A DNA stretch of 64,000 bases, taken from positions 1-64,000 of IMG/VR virus record IMGVR_UViG_3300001525_000092; one strand, 5' to 3'. The DNA comes from a virus. Its lineage: Duplodnaviria > Caudoviricetes. How positions within the stretch are numbered: position 1 is the stretch's first letter; each line of letters begins with the position of its first letter. The notes under the pieces are model-generated. The model was not told the DNA's origin. It made no database searches and saw only the letters and a list, made by a program, of their open reading frames with translations. The position numbers and the translations under genes are program-made. Positions 9,972 through 20,766 of the stretch are shown here, piece by piece.

Positions 9972-10007
9972 ATGGACATTAGTCGTGATGATTAGTGTCC
10001 ATTTTTT
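9972..10007 (+). terminator. Intrinsic terminator
   Basis: atggacattagtc-gtgat-gattagtgtccat stem followed by a T-run. Confidence 0.7.
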
Positions 10008-10028
10008 AACTTAATTAGATGAATAATC

Positions 10029-10262
10029 ATGGACAAGAAATTCAATACATACGTGTTCTATCTAGACAGTGACCATACAACTACTAACTTCAACACGTTA
10101 GATGATGTGAAAGCGCATGTGATAGACATCTTTGGTGTAGATCAGAGTCGTGTAGTGATTGAGAAAGATGTTGATGTTGCAGGACATAGCAATGTTTCTA
10201 TCAAGGACAAGTTTGGAGACTTAGTTCGTGTTGTCGGATTTGTATATGGGTCTATTTGGTAA
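10029..10262 (+). CDS. Hypothetical protein
   Basis: 77-aa ORF. Confidence 0.6.
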   Translation: MDKKFNTYVFYLDSDHTTTNFNTLDDVKAHVIDIFGVDQSRVVIEKDVDVAGHSNVSIKDKFGDLVRVVGFVYGSIW

Positions 10263-10268
10263 GCAACT

Positions 10269-10817
10269 ATGGAAACAAGAATAGTAAAAGAGACAAAGCA
10301 ACTGACTTATGAGAAAGTTGCTTATGTGGCATATGATTTCTATGGAAATGAAGTAGAGCTAGACAATGAAGATGCCGCTCATGCATTAGAAGGTGCTGTG
10401 TCAAAAGCAAAGATAGCACATAACTACATCTGCAAGTCAACAGAACTAAAGTACATCACGCCTAAAGGAATCAAGAAAGGTGACATAGTCAAAGTTGTCA
10501 CTTACTGGCCAGAACAAAAGAAGACTACTACAACTGAGTCTATTGGTGTATATGATGGAATAGAGATAGAAAGATTTGATAGTGTTGATGGTAGTCCAGC
10601 ATATCAGATTCTATTGAGCAACAAATGGTCACCTGGATTGCATGCAACTGCTAGAGAATACCCATACCAGTGGATTCCTCAAGTATTGTCTAAGTCTTCC
10701 TGCTCATTCAGACCAATCAATGACAATGTCCATTGCTATGAAGAAATCTTATTAATTACTGAAGAAGAAAAGAAGAAGTATGCTGAAGCAATTCTAGAAA
10801 ATGCAAAATATAGTTAA
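10269..10817 (+). CDS. Hypothetical protein
   Basis: 182-aa ORF. Confidence 0.65.
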   Translation: METRIVKETKQLTYEKVAYVAYDFYGNEVELDNEDAAHALEGAVSKAKIAHNYICKSTELKYITPKGIKKGDIVKVVTYWPEQKKTTTTESIGVYDGIEIERFDSVDGSPAYQILLSNKWSPGLHATAREYPYQWIPQVLSKSSCSFRPINDNVHCYEEILLITEEEKKKYAEAILENAKYS

Positions 10818-10904
10818 CTAAATTTAACATTAGTTAAATGAAATAATCATTGATTACTTTCTATATTATGTTCATGAGACAATTATATGAGTATGATATA
10901 AAAA

Positions 10905-12140
10905 GTGCCACGTATCAAAGTAACTATAAACAAAGCTAACACTAAGCGTATTGTTGACTTTGTCAAGAGATTGAAGAAAGAATGTCCACAATATGGGCAA
11001 TGGAAAGGAGAAGAAGATGAGTTCTATTTGTCATGGTTCCAAATCATGAAAGATGAGATTCGTTCTATAAGAGACTGCCATGACAAAGACATCATAGAAG
11101 CATACATATCTGAAGCATTGAGAGTAGCTCCTATGATGACTTCAATTGATCCTAAGTCACTTTATCTTGCATCTAAGAAAAAAGCAAGAGCAGCATTAGT
11201 AGAGAAGTACACTAACAAGACTTTTGACAACAACATAGACAGATATTTCAATGAGGTGAAGAAGCAGTACATTGAGCATCCTCAGAATGAGTGTGATGAC
11301 TTAGTGTTCTGTGATGAGAATCGAGAAATATTCTTGAAGAACAATCTGAAGCTTGTAGTGAACTGTGCTAAGCGGTACCAGAACTTAGGATTGCCATTTG
11401 AAGACTTGATACAAGCAGGAAATGAAGGGTTGCTACTTGCTTTTGAGAAGTTTGATGTTGACAAAGCAAACTTGAGAAACAAGATAATGGACTTAGCCAG
11501 ACAAGAATGTGCTAGCTTGCTGTATATATCACATGAGAGAGCAGAAAGTGTCATACGTGAAGGATTCACTTATGGAAAGTTGCTAGACCAGACACTTGAG
11601 AAGTTGCCTAAAGATGGATTTGATTGCTTAGATGACTTCATCACTTGGATAAAGAAGAATGTGAAGACGGCGGTGTTTGCTTCTGTTGCATTTCAATGGA
11701 TACGTGCGTCTATATTGATAGAAATTACTAAGAAAGGTTCAGTGATTTCTATTCCAGGAAAGAATGCTATGTCATCAGTAGTGCGACTAGATAGCATGAA
11801 CCCTTACACTGAAGATGTGTATCATGACAATGACATGTCAAAAGTAGCAAATGAAGAGTTCATCATAGAAGACAACAAGCTAGATGAAGAAGAGAGACAA
11901 GACACACTTCGATCTATAATAGATGATGCTATGAAGGACATGAAACCTAATGAGAAGAGATTCTTGAGAAAGAGATTTGGCATTGGACTTCCTTATAGCA
12001 TGTCGGTGTCTGAGCTAGCAGAGAATGAAGGTGTGTCATTGTCAACAACAAAGCAAATACTGAAGTCTGCTACTGAGACTTTTGCGGCAGCATTCAATGA
12101 TGATCAGCGAGAACTAGTGTTAGAATACTTGAACAAATGA
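10905..12140 (+). CDS. Sigma-70-family RNA polymerase sigma factor
   Basis: Region 2 [52 protein letters not shown], region 4 RFGIG...[12 protein letters not shown]. Confidence 0.9.
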   Translation: MPRIKVTINKANTKRIVDFVKRLKKECPQYGQWKGEEDEFYLSWFQIMKDEIRSIRDCHDKDIIEAYISEALRVAPMMTSIDPKSLYLASKKKARAALVEKYTNKTFDNNIDRYFNEVKKQYIEHPQNECDDLVFCDENREIFLKNNLKLVVNCAKRYQNLGLPFEDLIQAGNEGLLLAFEKFDVDKANLRNKIMDLARQECASLLYISHERAESVIREGFTYGKLLDQTLEKLPKDGFDCLDDFITWIKKNVKTAVFASVAFQWIRASILIEITKKGSVISIPGKNAMSSVVRLDSMNPYTEDVYHDNDMSKVANEEFIIEDNKLDEEERQDTLRSIIDDAMKDMKPNEKRFLRKRFGIGLPYSMSVSELAENEGVSLSTTKQILKSATETFAAAFNDDQRELVLEYLNK

Positions 12141-12144
12141 GAAC

Positions 12145-12660
12145 ATGAGAAATTGGAAACTATTTAACTTGATAAAGATAAGTGTAGAAAATCCACTAAA
12201 AGAGTGGATTCTATGTAGAAAGTACTTCATCATGCCTAAGCTCAAGATTGGGTTTGCTCAGCGCAACTGGCATGAAGGTCCATTGTACAAGTTGTTAGAA
12301 GTATATAGCAGGAGCTTGTTCTACAAAGACAAGTATGGGATGCTAGAATATGAGAATGATCCTTATGTAGAAGTAACTCTACTTGGATTCATCACTATTC
12401 ATCTTTCTATATCTGCACCTGATGCATTGCCAGAGATGGAAGACATCTGCTACTGGGAAGGAATGCTTTCTTATATCCAGAAAAGAGAGAAGAAAGTAGT
12501 AGAACATGATGCTCTCTATCTTGCATACAAAGACAACATCTGGACTAGGCAAGATGGACCTGAATTCACTATCAAGCCTTTCTTGACTAACTTAGGTTGG
12601 CACACACTTCAGTCTGCTATCCAGAAGCATGCTAAAGACTTCTCAGATGATTCTGAATGA
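12145..12660 (+). CDS. Hypothetical protein
   Basis: 171-aa ORF directly after the sigma gene. Confidence 0.65.
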   Translation: MRNWKLFNLIKISVENPLKEWILCRKYFIMPKLKIGFAQRNWHEGPLYKLLEVYSRSLFYKDKYGMLEYENDPYVEVTLLGFITIHLSISAPDALPEMEDICYWEGMLSYIQKREKKVVEHDALYLAYKDNIWTRQDGPEFTIKPFLTNLGWHTLQSAIQKHAKDFSDDSE

Positions 12661-12912
12661 CAAACCATTCATTCCACCATCAACACGGATGCTTGCTTGA
12701 TTCTGCTTCACATATATCAAGCAAGCATTTGTTGTCTTCTGTTCTATCTTATATACTAATCCATTTGCATGAAAGTTAGGAAACAGCTCACACCTAGCTT
12801 TCATTTCTATTTTCTTTCCTAGTATCAATGGTTGCAATGTTGTCAATGGAAAGTTTTGAATTATTTTCCAATCTTTGTTTGAAATTTTTTCTTCTTTACC
12901 TATATTATACAT
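12643..12912 (-). CDS. Hypothetical protein
   Basis: 89-aa minus-strand ORF filling a gap; start overlaps the promoter motif at 12879. Confidence 0.45.
   Translation of the reverse strand: MYNIGKEEKISNKDWKIIQNFPLTTLQPLILGKKIEMKARCELFPNFHANGLVYKIEQKTTNACLIYVKQNQASIRVDGGMNGLSFRII
12878..12906 (+). promoter_or_regulatory. Putative early promoter TTGAAA-N16-TATATT
   Basis: TTGAAA 12879-12884, TATATT 12901-12906. Confidence 0.75.
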
Positions 12913-12953
12913 GTCAATAAATAATACTAATATTAATTAAAAATTTTATAATT

Positions 12954-13298
12954 ATGCAGACATTCTTAGACAAAGCATCAGTAAAGAACATCAACATCAA
13001 CAATCCTATGATGATCAAGCTTCCTTTCCTTGACTATGAGAATGGTGATGACACTGACACTTCATGGAGACTTGCGAATGTTGTATGGACTAACTGCAAC
13101 TCAGATGACAGAATGGAAGTCATCATAGTAGAAGTAGCACCAGGAAAGTACCAGGACTACTATTACAATGACTATGAAGAGCACTTCAAGAAGCTCACTT
13201 ACAAGAATGAGAAAGTTGCTCCAAGAGTAAATTGGTATGATGAAGAAGTATATTCTACATGTCCAAAGTTCTTCACTAAGAAATCACTAGCAGACTAA
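12954..13298 (+). CDS. Hypothetical protein
   Basis: 114-aa ORF behind promoter. Confidence 0.65.
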   Translation: MQTFLDKASVKNININNPMMIKLPFLDYENGDDTDTSWRLANVVWTNCNSDDRMEVIIVEVAPGKYQDYYYNDYEEHFKKLTYKNEKVAPRVNWYDEEVYSTCPKFFTKKSLAD

Positions 13299-13304
13299 TT
13301 AAGA

Positions 13305-14537
13305 ATGATGAAAGAAAACAATAAAGATATGGTTGTTTGCAATTTCTGTGGCAAGCCAGTAGAGCAAGGAAACTACTTTGAAGGCATAGATGCTTATATT
13401 TGCAAAGATTGCTCTACTCTTCTTTCTTCTTACACTTCTACTATTAATAGCAAGAAGAAGAAAGTAGAAGAAGTAAAGAACATCAGAACTCCCAGAGACA
13501 TCATCAAGTTCCTTGATAGCTATGTGATAGGACAAGACTATGCAAAGAAAGTTCTTGCTACTGCTATCTTCAACCATTACATGAGACTGTTGCAACCAGA
13601 TGATGAAGACAACACTGAGATTGAGAAGTCTAATGTTTGCTTGATTGGTCCATCCGGTAGTGGAAAGACATTGCTAGTACAGACCATTGCAAAGATGCTT
13701 GATGTTCCTTATGCTATCGGTGATGCAACTTCACTCACTCAAGCTGGTTATGTTGGAGATGATGTTGAGACACTCATCACTCGGTTGCTTCAGAACTGCG
13801 ACTATGATGTAGACAAAGCAGAGAGAGGAATCATCTTCATTGATGAGATTGACAAGATTGGTCGCAAGTCAGCTAATCCAAGCATTACTAGAGATGTGTC
13901 TGGAGAAGGTGTCCAGCAAGCACTACTCAAGATCATAGAAGGAAGTGATGTTCTTGTAGCTCCTAACGGTGGACGCAAGCATCCTGACCAGCCAAAGATC
14001 AAAGTCAACACTAAGAACATACTGTTCATTGGATCTGGTGCATTTGAAGGAATAGAGAAGAAGATTGCATCTCGCATCAACAAGAAAGTGATTGGATATA
14101 ATCAGTCAGATTCTAAGAACTTGACAGATAATGAGTTGATGAAGTGTGTGTGCTCACTTGACTTGAAGGACTTTGGCCTGATACCTGAGCTGATTGGTCG
14201 TCTTCCTGTGATTTCTTATACATCAGAGCTAGACAGCAATGCACTCAAGAGAATCTTGTCTGAGCCAAAGAATGCACTCATCAAGCAATATGTGAAGCTC
14301 TTCAAGATGAATGACATTGACATGACAATGGATGATGATGCACTAGATGTCATAGTTGATGAAGCAATGAAGACAAAAGTTGGAGCACGTGGATTGCGTT
14401 CTATAGTAGAGAGAGTTCTTCTCGATGACATGTGTGAGCTGCCTGGTTCTGACATTCATGAACTGCACATCACTAAAGAATATGTCATTGATAAGCTGAA
14501 CATAAGAAAGAACAAAGAAGATGAAAAGAACAATTGA
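13305..14537 (+). CDS. clpX: ATP-dependent Clp protease ATP-binding subunit ClpX
   Basis: C4 zinc finger CNFC...CKDC, Walker [45 protein letters not shown] loop, IGY loop, GARGLR. Confidence 0.97.
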   Translation: MMKENNKDMVVCNFCGKPVEQGNYFEGIDAYICKDCSTLLSSYTSTINSKKKKVEEVKNIRTPRDIIKFLDSYVIGQDYAKKVLATAIFNHYMRLLQPDDEDNTEIEKSNVCLIGPSGSGKTLLVQTIAKMLDVPYAIGDATSLTQAGYVGDDVETLITRLLQNCDYDVDKAERGIIFIDEIDKIGRKSANPSITRDVSGEGVQQALLKIIEGSDVLVAPNGGRKHPDQPKIKVNTKNILFIGSGAFEGIEKKIASRINKKVIGYNQSDSKNLTDNELMKCVCSLDLKDFGLIPELIGRLPVISYTSELDSNALKRILSEPKNALIKQYVKLFKMNDIDMTMDDDALDVIVDEAMKTKVGARGLRSIVERVLLDDMCELPGSDIHELHITKEYVIDKLNIRKNKEDEKNN

Positions 14538-15015
14538 TTGGATAGTGCTGAACTTGCTTGCTATCACTGGCAATGTATATGTATCTAAGAAAGATAGTGA
14601 TTGCTATCCTGACAGAGTAGTGATAGATCCATCTGTATTGATAGTCTACTCTTTAGTATGGATGTTCATCTCTATATTTCTAGGAAGCATCTTTGAAGTG
14701 TCTAACATACCAGAGATGAGAGAGCTGACTAAATCAGAGAAGTTCTGGATAGGAACAAACTATGCTATTCTGGGCTATGCTGTCACTTATATAGTAGGAT
14801 GCTTGTTTAGATGGTTTTGTACAGATTGCTATTCTAAGTACAAAGTGAATGGCACCACAAGGAACAACTACAGATGTGTTCCATTCATATCTTATAAAGA
14901 ATTATACAATATAGAAAGAGATGTGAAGAGAGAAGAGAGACAACTGAAGCAATCTAAGAACAAAGATGACTTAGATGAGCTCGAGAGAAACTTAAGAGTC
15001 TTAGTCAACAAATAA
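14521..15015 (+). CDS. Hypothetical membrane protein
   Basis: Two hydrophobic segments and C-terminal coiled coil. Confidence 0.65.
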   Translation: MKRTIDWIVLNLLAITGNVYVSKKDSDCYPDRVVIDPSVLIVYSLVWMFISIFLGSIFEVSNIPEMRELTKSEKFWIGTNYAILGYAVTYIVGCLFRWFCTDCYSKYKVNGTTRNNYRCVPFISYKELYNIERDVKREERQLKQSKNKDDLDELERNLRVLVNK

Positions 15016-15038
15016 AATTAATTAAACTTTAAGAAAAA

Positions 15039-15791
15039 ATGGGAATCATTACAAGTACAGTGTTTTGGGTATTAGTAGGTATTGTTGTTCTTCTTGGAGT
15101 AGCTTGGCTTTCTGGAAGAAAGAAGAGACCATCAGAGAGAACATCAACAGAGAGGCTAGCAACTACATTGCAGCATAAGTTTGACAAGTGGGTTGATCAG
15201 CTCAACAAGAAGCTTCGCACACCAGAAGACATCCAAGAAGAGATGCTTGAGGCACTAGATGACTACAAAGCTAGCAAGGTGAAGGAAGTGAAAGATGTCA
15301 TTGCACACATCACTACAACAGAGACTAACATCAACAACAACTTGTCTAAGTTGCAGAATGCTAAAGACAACATCATCCATCAGGTACGCAACATGAAAGC
15401 GTCGGGCGATGTTGATGACAACATTGGTGCAAACATGATGATGCAGATTGACTCATTAGATAAGTCAATCATTACAAGTCAGAAGTCACTTGACAACTTG
15501 CAGAATCAAGTATTGGCTATCAATACTGCAGTTGCTAAGTTTGGAAACAAGATAGAGATGAAGCGTGCTGAAGTGCTTACATTGATTGCTAACTATGTGG
15601 CAACTAATTGCAATGCAACTATCAAGTTTGACATTGACCTCTCTGACTTGATGTCCGACTACAGTACAGAGATCAAGACTATTGAGAGACAGAATGCAGT
15701 AGATGAGATCATGAACAAGAAGGTGACTGATGAGACAGAAGATACTACTGCACCAGAGGCTTACATCAAGAAGTTCCATGAATTCAAGTAA
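15039..15791 (+). CDS. Membrane-anchored coiled-coil protein (loosely PspA-like)
   Basis: N-terminal TM helix followed by long heptad-rich region. Confidence 0.6.
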   Translation: MGIITSTVFWVLVGIVVLLGVAWLSGRKKRPSERTSTERLATTLQHKFDKWVDQLNKKLRTPEDIQEEMLEALDDYKASKVKEVKDVIAHITTTETNINNNLSKLQNAKDNIIHQVRNMKASGDVDDNIGANMMMQIDSLDKSIITSQKSLDNLQNQVLAINTAVAKFGNKIEMKRAEVLTLIANYVATNCNATIKFDIDLSDLMSDYSTEIKTIERQNAVDEIMNKKVTDETEDTTAPEAYIKKFHEFK

Positions 15792-15802
15792 AGACTACCG
15801 AC

Positions 15803-16096
15803 ATGAAAAAGAATTGGACTAACGACTACAAGTTTGAGTTTCAGACTCACATATCTGAGAAGTCACATATCACAGACTTCATGGTCAAGCACCTGATGTT
15901 TCCTGGCAACACACTGAAGTGCACATTATACATGAGACCATGCAACCATGGCTACAACAGCCACACATCACTGACCATTCATGTAGAAGTGTGGAAGAAT
16001 ATATACAAGATAGATGAGTTTGACTTGAGCCAAGGTATGTTCTGTAAAGTGATGTCTAATGTGCATCATGATGCAATGTCAACATTCATTAATTGA
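15803..16096 (+). CDS. Hypothetical protein
   Basis: 97-aa ORF. Confidence 0.6.
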   Translation: MKKNWTNDYKFEFQTHISEKSHITDFMVKHLMFPGNTLKCTLYMRPCNHGYNSHTSLTIHVEVWKNIYKIDEFDLSQGMFCKVMSNVHHDAMSTFIN

Positions 16097-16120
16097 TAAA
16101 TGTTAACAAATGTGAAATTT

Positions 16121-16190
16121 GACGCTGGCGGCCTTTAAAATCTTACCCTAATATAATTTATATCTTGAGCTATTTCGCGGCCGCCAGCGG
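16121..16190. repeat. GC-rich hairpin element, copy 2 (orientation opposite to copies 1 and 3)
   Basis: gacgctggcggcc...ttaccctaatataatttatatcttgagctatttcgcggccgccagcgg. Confidence 0.9.
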
Positions 16191-16202
16191 AATATAGATT
16201 AA

Positions 16203-16231
16203 TTTGAAATTCTATAAGAATGTCCTATTTT
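16203..16231 (+). promoter_or_regulatory. Putative early promoter (TTGAAA-N16-TATTTT variant)
   Basis: TTGAAA 16204-16209, TATTTT 16226-16231. Confidence 0.6.
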
Positions 16232-16260
16232 TGTATTGTAATAATTTAAATGAATATTAA

Positions 16261-16761
16261 ATGAGCAAGTATTTAGTACGTTACAACATTCAAGGTTATT
16301 CTAAAGACTATCAAGAGTCAACTATATATGAGACAGAGAATGACATGTCTTATGAAGATGTAGTGAAGTTTGAAGATGAGATGACGAAGACTAAACATGG
16401 AATGATTGTCACTATGATTTCTTTTGACAAGCTCTATGAGAAGCCAAAGTCATTGGAAGAGTTGAACAAAGAGAAGTTGCCAAAGCTAGCAGCATTCTTC
16501 TTGTTTGACAAAGACTATAAAGAGGCAGTTCTTGTGTACACCAATGTAGATGACATTGTAAGCTATACATTTGAAGCCAGTAACTTTTGCATTGTAATTA
16601 AAGATGACAAAGGTAGTCTTCAGAAGAAGTATTCGTGTCCTATTCCTGGAATATGGATTGGAGGTGAAGATATCTTCAGTCAGATGCCAAAAGGACTGAT
16701 GGAGCAATTTCCACACACATACTTGTTCTCTATAGAGTATGATGGCTATGCGACAGTATAA
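16261..16761 (+). CDS. Hypothetical protein
   Basis: 166-aa ORF. Confidence 0.65.
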   Translation: MSKYLVRYNIQGYSKDYQESTIYETENDMSYEDVVKFEDEMTKTKHGMIVTMISFDKLYEKPKSLEELNKEKLPKLAAFFLFDKDYKEAVLVYTNVDDIVSYTFEASNFCIVIKDDKGSLQKKYSCPIPGIWIGGEDIFSQMPKGLMEQFPHTYLFSIEYDGYATV

Positions 16762-16802
16762 TATATGCGACAGTAAAGTAGAAATTTATATACAAAAGAG
16801 AT

Positions 16803-17291
16803 ATGTTATCAAAAGAAGAGTTTGAAAAGTTGTCTTCGAAACAAGATGAGCTTCGAAAGATACGCAACGACTATGCTGACAAGCAGCAAGAGATTCAGAA
16901 GCAAATAGATGATCTCGAGATCAAGAAATATGATGTAGAGCAGTTCATCGGGAAGATCATTGTCATCAAAGACTTGCTTGGTGCTCTCTATCATACTTAT
17001 GAATACATGGTAGTAGACAGAGTAGAGAGACTTTATAGTGGACCTAGATTCTACGGCAAGACTATAAGCATCACATATAGTGATTCTTGTAAGATTGGCA
17101 ATTCAATGCAACTATGGGAACGTTCTGAATATAATGGAATTAACTGGGAAGGTGTAGATGCCATCAAGACAGTAGAACCTGAGAAAGTGAAGAGACAAAT
17201 AAACAACTTACTCAACATCTTTGACTATGGTGAAGAGTTGAACAAGCTTAAGACTAAGAGAAAGGAGACATCAGATGTGGAAGTACATTAA
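16803..17291 (+). CDS. Hypothetical protein
   Basis: 162-aa ORF, N-terminal coiled coil. Confidence 0.65.
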   Translation: MLSKEEFEKLSSKQDELRKIRNDYADKQQEIQKQIDDLEIKKYDVEQFIGKIIVIKDLLGALYHTYEYMVVDRVERLYSGPRFYGKTISITYSDSCKIGNSMQLWERSEYNGINWEGVDAIKTVEPEKVKRQINNLLNIFDYGEELNKLKTKRKETSDVEVH

Positions 17292-17496
17292 AGAGACAAT
17301 TCTTTACTATGTAGTGAATTGGTGGTATTTTAGTCCAATATATGATAAGTTTGTCATTCCTATTCTTTGGTTTGATGAAGATTTAGAAAAATATTGTGAG
17401 ACAAAGAAAGAAGCAATGGATATGATTAGAAGAAGAAAATATTCTAATGTCTCTAAAAAGTATATGATAAGAAAAATAGATGAAAAGTTTAAGTGA
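17275..17496 (+). CDS. Hypothetical protein
   Basis: 73-aa ORF overlapping both neighbours. Confidence 0.55.
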   Translation: MWKYIKETILYYVVNWWYFSPIYDKFVIPILWFDEDLEKYCETKKEAMDMIRRRKYSNVSKKYMIRKIDEKFK

Positions 17497-17938
17497 TTAT
17501 ATAAAAGAGTTCTTCATAACAGAAATGTCAATTAAGTTAGGAGAATTCAGGAAGAAGAATGAAGGAATCATCAATCAAGTAATCGAGAATTGGTGCTTGG
17601 TTAAGTGGTGTGATGATAATCCTAACGAGCTGACTTCAAAGAGCCTTAGAAATCATTGGGCATCGGAGTTGATAGGTCACATGAAATCTATTGTGAACAC
17701 TAAGTTGAAGAGTGGAAGAAAAGACAAAGCACTAAAGAACTTGATGATTGATACAATGGAATTAGATGATATTGCAGTCGTATCTAGGATTATAAGAGAT
17801 AAGTTTAACAAAGAAGGATTGTCTAAGTATGTCAATAAGATGTCTTTTGAATGTTCTAAGCATATTGAAGAAATATGTAGTGTGCTTTCAGGTACAGAAG
17901 AAGATGTAGAAGAATATATTAAAGGAGAGATAAGTTAA
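17480..17938 (+). CDS. Hypothetical protein with capsid-targeting-like N-terminus
   Basis: MKSLSDYIKEFFITE start. Confidence 0.65.
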   Translation: MKSLSDYIKEFFITEMSIKLGEFRKKNEGIINQVIENWCLVKWCDDNPNELTSKSLRNHWASELIGHMKSIVNTKLKSGRKDKALKNLMIDTMELDDIAVVSRIIRDKFNKEGLSKYVNKMSFECSKHIEEICSVLSGTEEDVEEYIKGEIS

Positions 17939-17948
17939 TAGACATAAG

Positions 17949-18161
17949 ATGATGAAGAACATGACATTTAAGATGGGATTGCGAAGTATAATTTTCTTCA
18001 TGATCTTATCAACAGTATTGATATGCTCATTGGATGAGACATTAGGCGTACTGTTCATCATAGCAGACTTAAGTTGGTTATGCATAGCTATAGATGAGTA
18101 TTATAGACAGAAAAACAAGAAGAAAGAGAAAGATGAGAAAGTTGATGAAGAAACTAGATAA
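17949..18161 (+). CDS. Small membrane protein
   Basis: Two hydrophobic helices and charged tail. Confidence 0.55.
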   Translation: MMKNMTFKMGLRSIIFFMILSTVLICSLDETLGVLFIIADLSWLCIAIDEYYRQKNKKKEKDEKVDEETR

Positions 18162-18390
18162 CATCGGAATATTCATCATGTTTGTTATAATCGCATTCAT
18201 GATATGGCTAGCAAAGACATTTGACAACATGATTCAGTTTTGGCCATTCTTTTGCTTTGTCAGCATCCCATTAGTATTGATTAGCTTCTTGTGGATTGGA
18301 TTCATATTGATAGGATGCTTGATTTACTTCTTGTTCTGTGGTACTAAAGCATTCTTCACACTAGATGATTTTTCATTTAGTGAAGAATAA
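18094..18390 (+). CDS. Small membrane protein (true start probably an internal Met)
   Basis: Two hydrophobic helices. Confidence 0.5.
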   Translation: MSIIDRKTRRKRKMRKLMKKLDNIGIFIMFVIIAFMIWLAKTFDNMIQFWPFFCFVSIPLVLISFLWIGFILIGCLIYFLFCGTKAFFTLDDFSFSEE

Positions 18391-18422
18391 TTCAATTTTT
18401 AATATATAAATATCAATTAAAA

Positions 18423-18812
18423 ATGAAAAGTTTAGTAGAACACGTATTAGAATCAGAAGCTAGTCATCCGGCTATGCATACAGAGAAGAACTCTAAGTTA
18501 GCATTGATCACCAAGTATCTTGACAAGTATGAAGTAGAAGGAGGTGAGCACATCGGTCATGGAATGTTAGCTAGAACATCATATCTTGTGAAGTGCACTA
18601 GCCCTAATGATGTAGAAGACATCTGTAGAGGAATCTGGTCAGTCATAGCAGAATGGCAAGGAAGAGACAAGCCAGAAGAGTCAATGATCAAGTACATGAC
18701 AAGCATGTGGAAGAATGCATTCTTGGCACAGAATGATGGACATCAGAAGAAAGCAAGCTTTGTCAGAATCCCATTTGAGATTTATGACAATGATGCTAGA
18801 AGTATAAAATAG
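18423..18812 (+). CDS. Hypothetical protein with capsid-targeting-like N-terminus
   Basis: MKSLVEHVLESE start; AATTTTTAA variant motif at 18394-18402. Confidence 0.65.
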   Translation: MKSLVEHVLESEASHPAMHTEKNSKLALITKYLDKYEVEGGEHIGHGMLARTSYLVKCTSPNDVEDICRGIWSVIAEWQGRDKPEESMIKYMTSMWKNAFLAQNDGHQKKASFVRIPFEIYDNDARSIK

Positions 18813-18822
18813 TTCGAATTCT

Positions 18823-19425
18823 ATGAAAGACGTCAATTTGTTTAGTGGCAGATTCATGCCATTCACTTTAGGCCATCAGAGTGTTCTTGAAGCTCTATAT
18901 AAAGAAAATGGATATCCATGTGTAGTAGCATGCATCAAGAACACTAAGCATGATGCTAAGCACCCATTTTCTGATGAGCTTATCAAGAAAGAGTTTGATT
19001 TTTGCTTGAAAGGAAAGAAATTCTTTGAAGATCAAATATACATTTCTTCTGCTGCTATTGACAAGATAGGAGAGCAACTGAAAGAGAAAGGTTACTCTGC
19101 CCATCTTTGGGGATGCGGCACAGACAGAGCTAAGTCTTATGAGAGGATGGCAACTAACAAGAAATATTTGAATGACTTTCCTGATGACTTCAAAGTTTTT
19201 GTTGTTGACAGGGATGAGAAGAGCTCTGCAGTAGATGGAATATCAGCTACTAAAGTACGCGAAGCTATCAAGTCTGAAGACAAAGCGGAGTTTGTCAAGA
19301 TGATGCCAGATGGTGCAGAGAAACTCTTCGATGACTTCAAAGAGGAATTGTCTAAAGTGAATGAAGACAAAGGATGCTCACTTGAAGACTATATAGAAAA
19401 CAACAATATGTTTGATATAGATTGA
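18823..19425 (+). CDS. HIGH-superfamily (cytidylyltransferase-like) nucleotidyltransferase
   Basis: FSGRFMPFTLGH (HIGH-like), GCGTDR, GISATKVREAI (KMSKS-like). Confidence 0.85.
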   Translation: MKDVNLFSGRFMPFTLGHQSVLEALYKENGYPCVVACIKNTKHDAKHPFSDELIKKEFDFCLKGKKFFEDQIYISSAAIDKIGEQLKEKGYSAHLWGCGTDRAKSYERMATNKKYLNDFPDDFKVFVVDRDEKSSAVDGISATKVREAIKSEDKAEFVKMMPDGAEKLFDDFKEELSKVNEDKGCSLEDYIENNNMFDID

Positions 19426-20750
19426 TGATAAAACTGAATGAATACATTCATTTGTTTGAAGCGAAGTTTCAAGCTAACGAATATAGCAAGCATAACTATA
19501 AATACAGAGATGCACTCATAAACGATATATTGTCTAGCAAAGAAATCAAGCTAGGTAGTTCTTCTAATTCTGTAGACACATGGAAATGTGGTGACATAGA
19601 GAAAGCAAAGAAATTGTTTGATGAGTATCCTGAGAAAGTTGAAGAATTCAACACTATAATGAAAGAGCTGAATGGTCCAAAGTTCAGCGATGTGTTCAAG
19701 GGTGTGTATAGTGGATTTGACAAAGAAGGCCAGTCAGACGGTGAATTAGCAGAGTCATTAGTATGCTACTTATATAATCATGAGAATTCTGAAAAGGACT
19801 TCAATGAATTCTGCAAGATTGTGAAGTATGACTTGTCAGATATCTGGAAACTATCATCATTCAAGACAGTGAAGTTGATGCAAGAGGAATGGCCAAAAGA
19901 AGATAAGTATGTTGCAATACATGTAGACGGAAACAACAAAGACAAGATTGACAAGAAAATAACAGACATTGCATTGTTGTTCAAGAACAAGAAAGATGCA
20001 TCAAAGATAGTGCACAATTCTGTTGATGACATGTATGCAGGGTCAAAGAAAGACAAGTGGAATCCTGCAGACATCATATTAGTGAACAAAGAAAAGTTGA
20101 GTGACATATATGATGTGCTAGACAATGAGATTGGAAATGGACAAGCATTGAATGCGTTCTTGGTCAGTTGCTTGAAGGAAAAGTCTATAATACCAATATC
20201 ACTGAAACAAGTAGGCAAGTCTGCTAGTCTTGGAACTAACAATGTGAAAGATGATGAAGCGCCTGTGTCATTCAAAGATTTCCACATAAACTTTGGAAAA
20301 GACTTCAAAGAGAATACAGTAGTAGGATCTATAATACTGATAGCAACAGACGAGAGCGGCCAAGAAAGAAGAATACAAAGCAGGTCACAGACATCAAAGA
20401 TAAACAACATATCTATAGAAGCTAAAGCTTCTGCTACTGCAAGATTAGGCAAAGGAATATCTACTGCTAAGAATGCGCTGAACATAGACAAAGGAAATTC
20501 TTACTATGTAGAAGTGAGCACAATCAGCGAGTTGAAGAAGAAGTTCAAAGAGTTCAACATAGAAGTTTCTTTAGATGATTCATTAGACGATGTGAAGCCT
20601 GCAATAGGCACTAGACCTTGCATATCCGGATTGGTAGGATTGCTAGCAGAATACAAGAAGCAAGAAAAAGATTACACACCAGAGAATTTCTTCAAGTTCT
20701 TGTGGATATCTTGTACAAAATGTCCAGGATCTTACTACATAATTCATTAG
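19422..20750 (+). CDS. Putative PD-(D/E)XK-type endonuclease
   Basis: AESL...KDKWNPADIILV...IIPISLKQ pattern; N-terminus MIKLNEYIHLFE. Confidence 0.5.
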   Translation: MMIKLNEYIHLFEAKFQANEYSKHNYKYRDALINDILSSKEIKLGSSSNSVDTWKCGDIEKAKKLFDEYPEKVEEFNTIMKELNGPKFSDVFKGVYSGFDKEGQSDGELAESLVCYLYNHENSEKDFNEFCKIVKYDLSDIWKLSSFKTVKLMQEEWPKEDKYVAIHVDGNNKDKIDKKITDIALLFKNKKDASKIVHNSVDDMYAGSKKDKWNPADIILVNKEKLSDIYDVLDNEIGNGQALNAFLVSCLKEKSIIPISLKQVGKSASLGTNNVKDDEAPVSFKDFHINFGKDFKENTVVGSIILIATDESGQERRIQSRSQTSKINNISIEAKASATARLGKGISTAKNALNIDKGNSYYVEVSTISELKKKFKEFNIEVSLDDSLDDVKPAIGTRPCISGLVGLLAEYKKQEKDYTPENFFKFLWISCTKCPGSYYIIH

Positions 20751-20766
20751 ACTTAATAGAGCAATT

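Noticed and set aside
16747-16775. 12-bp direct repeat tatgcgacagta at a gene end
   Set aside because: Short local duplication with no associated element
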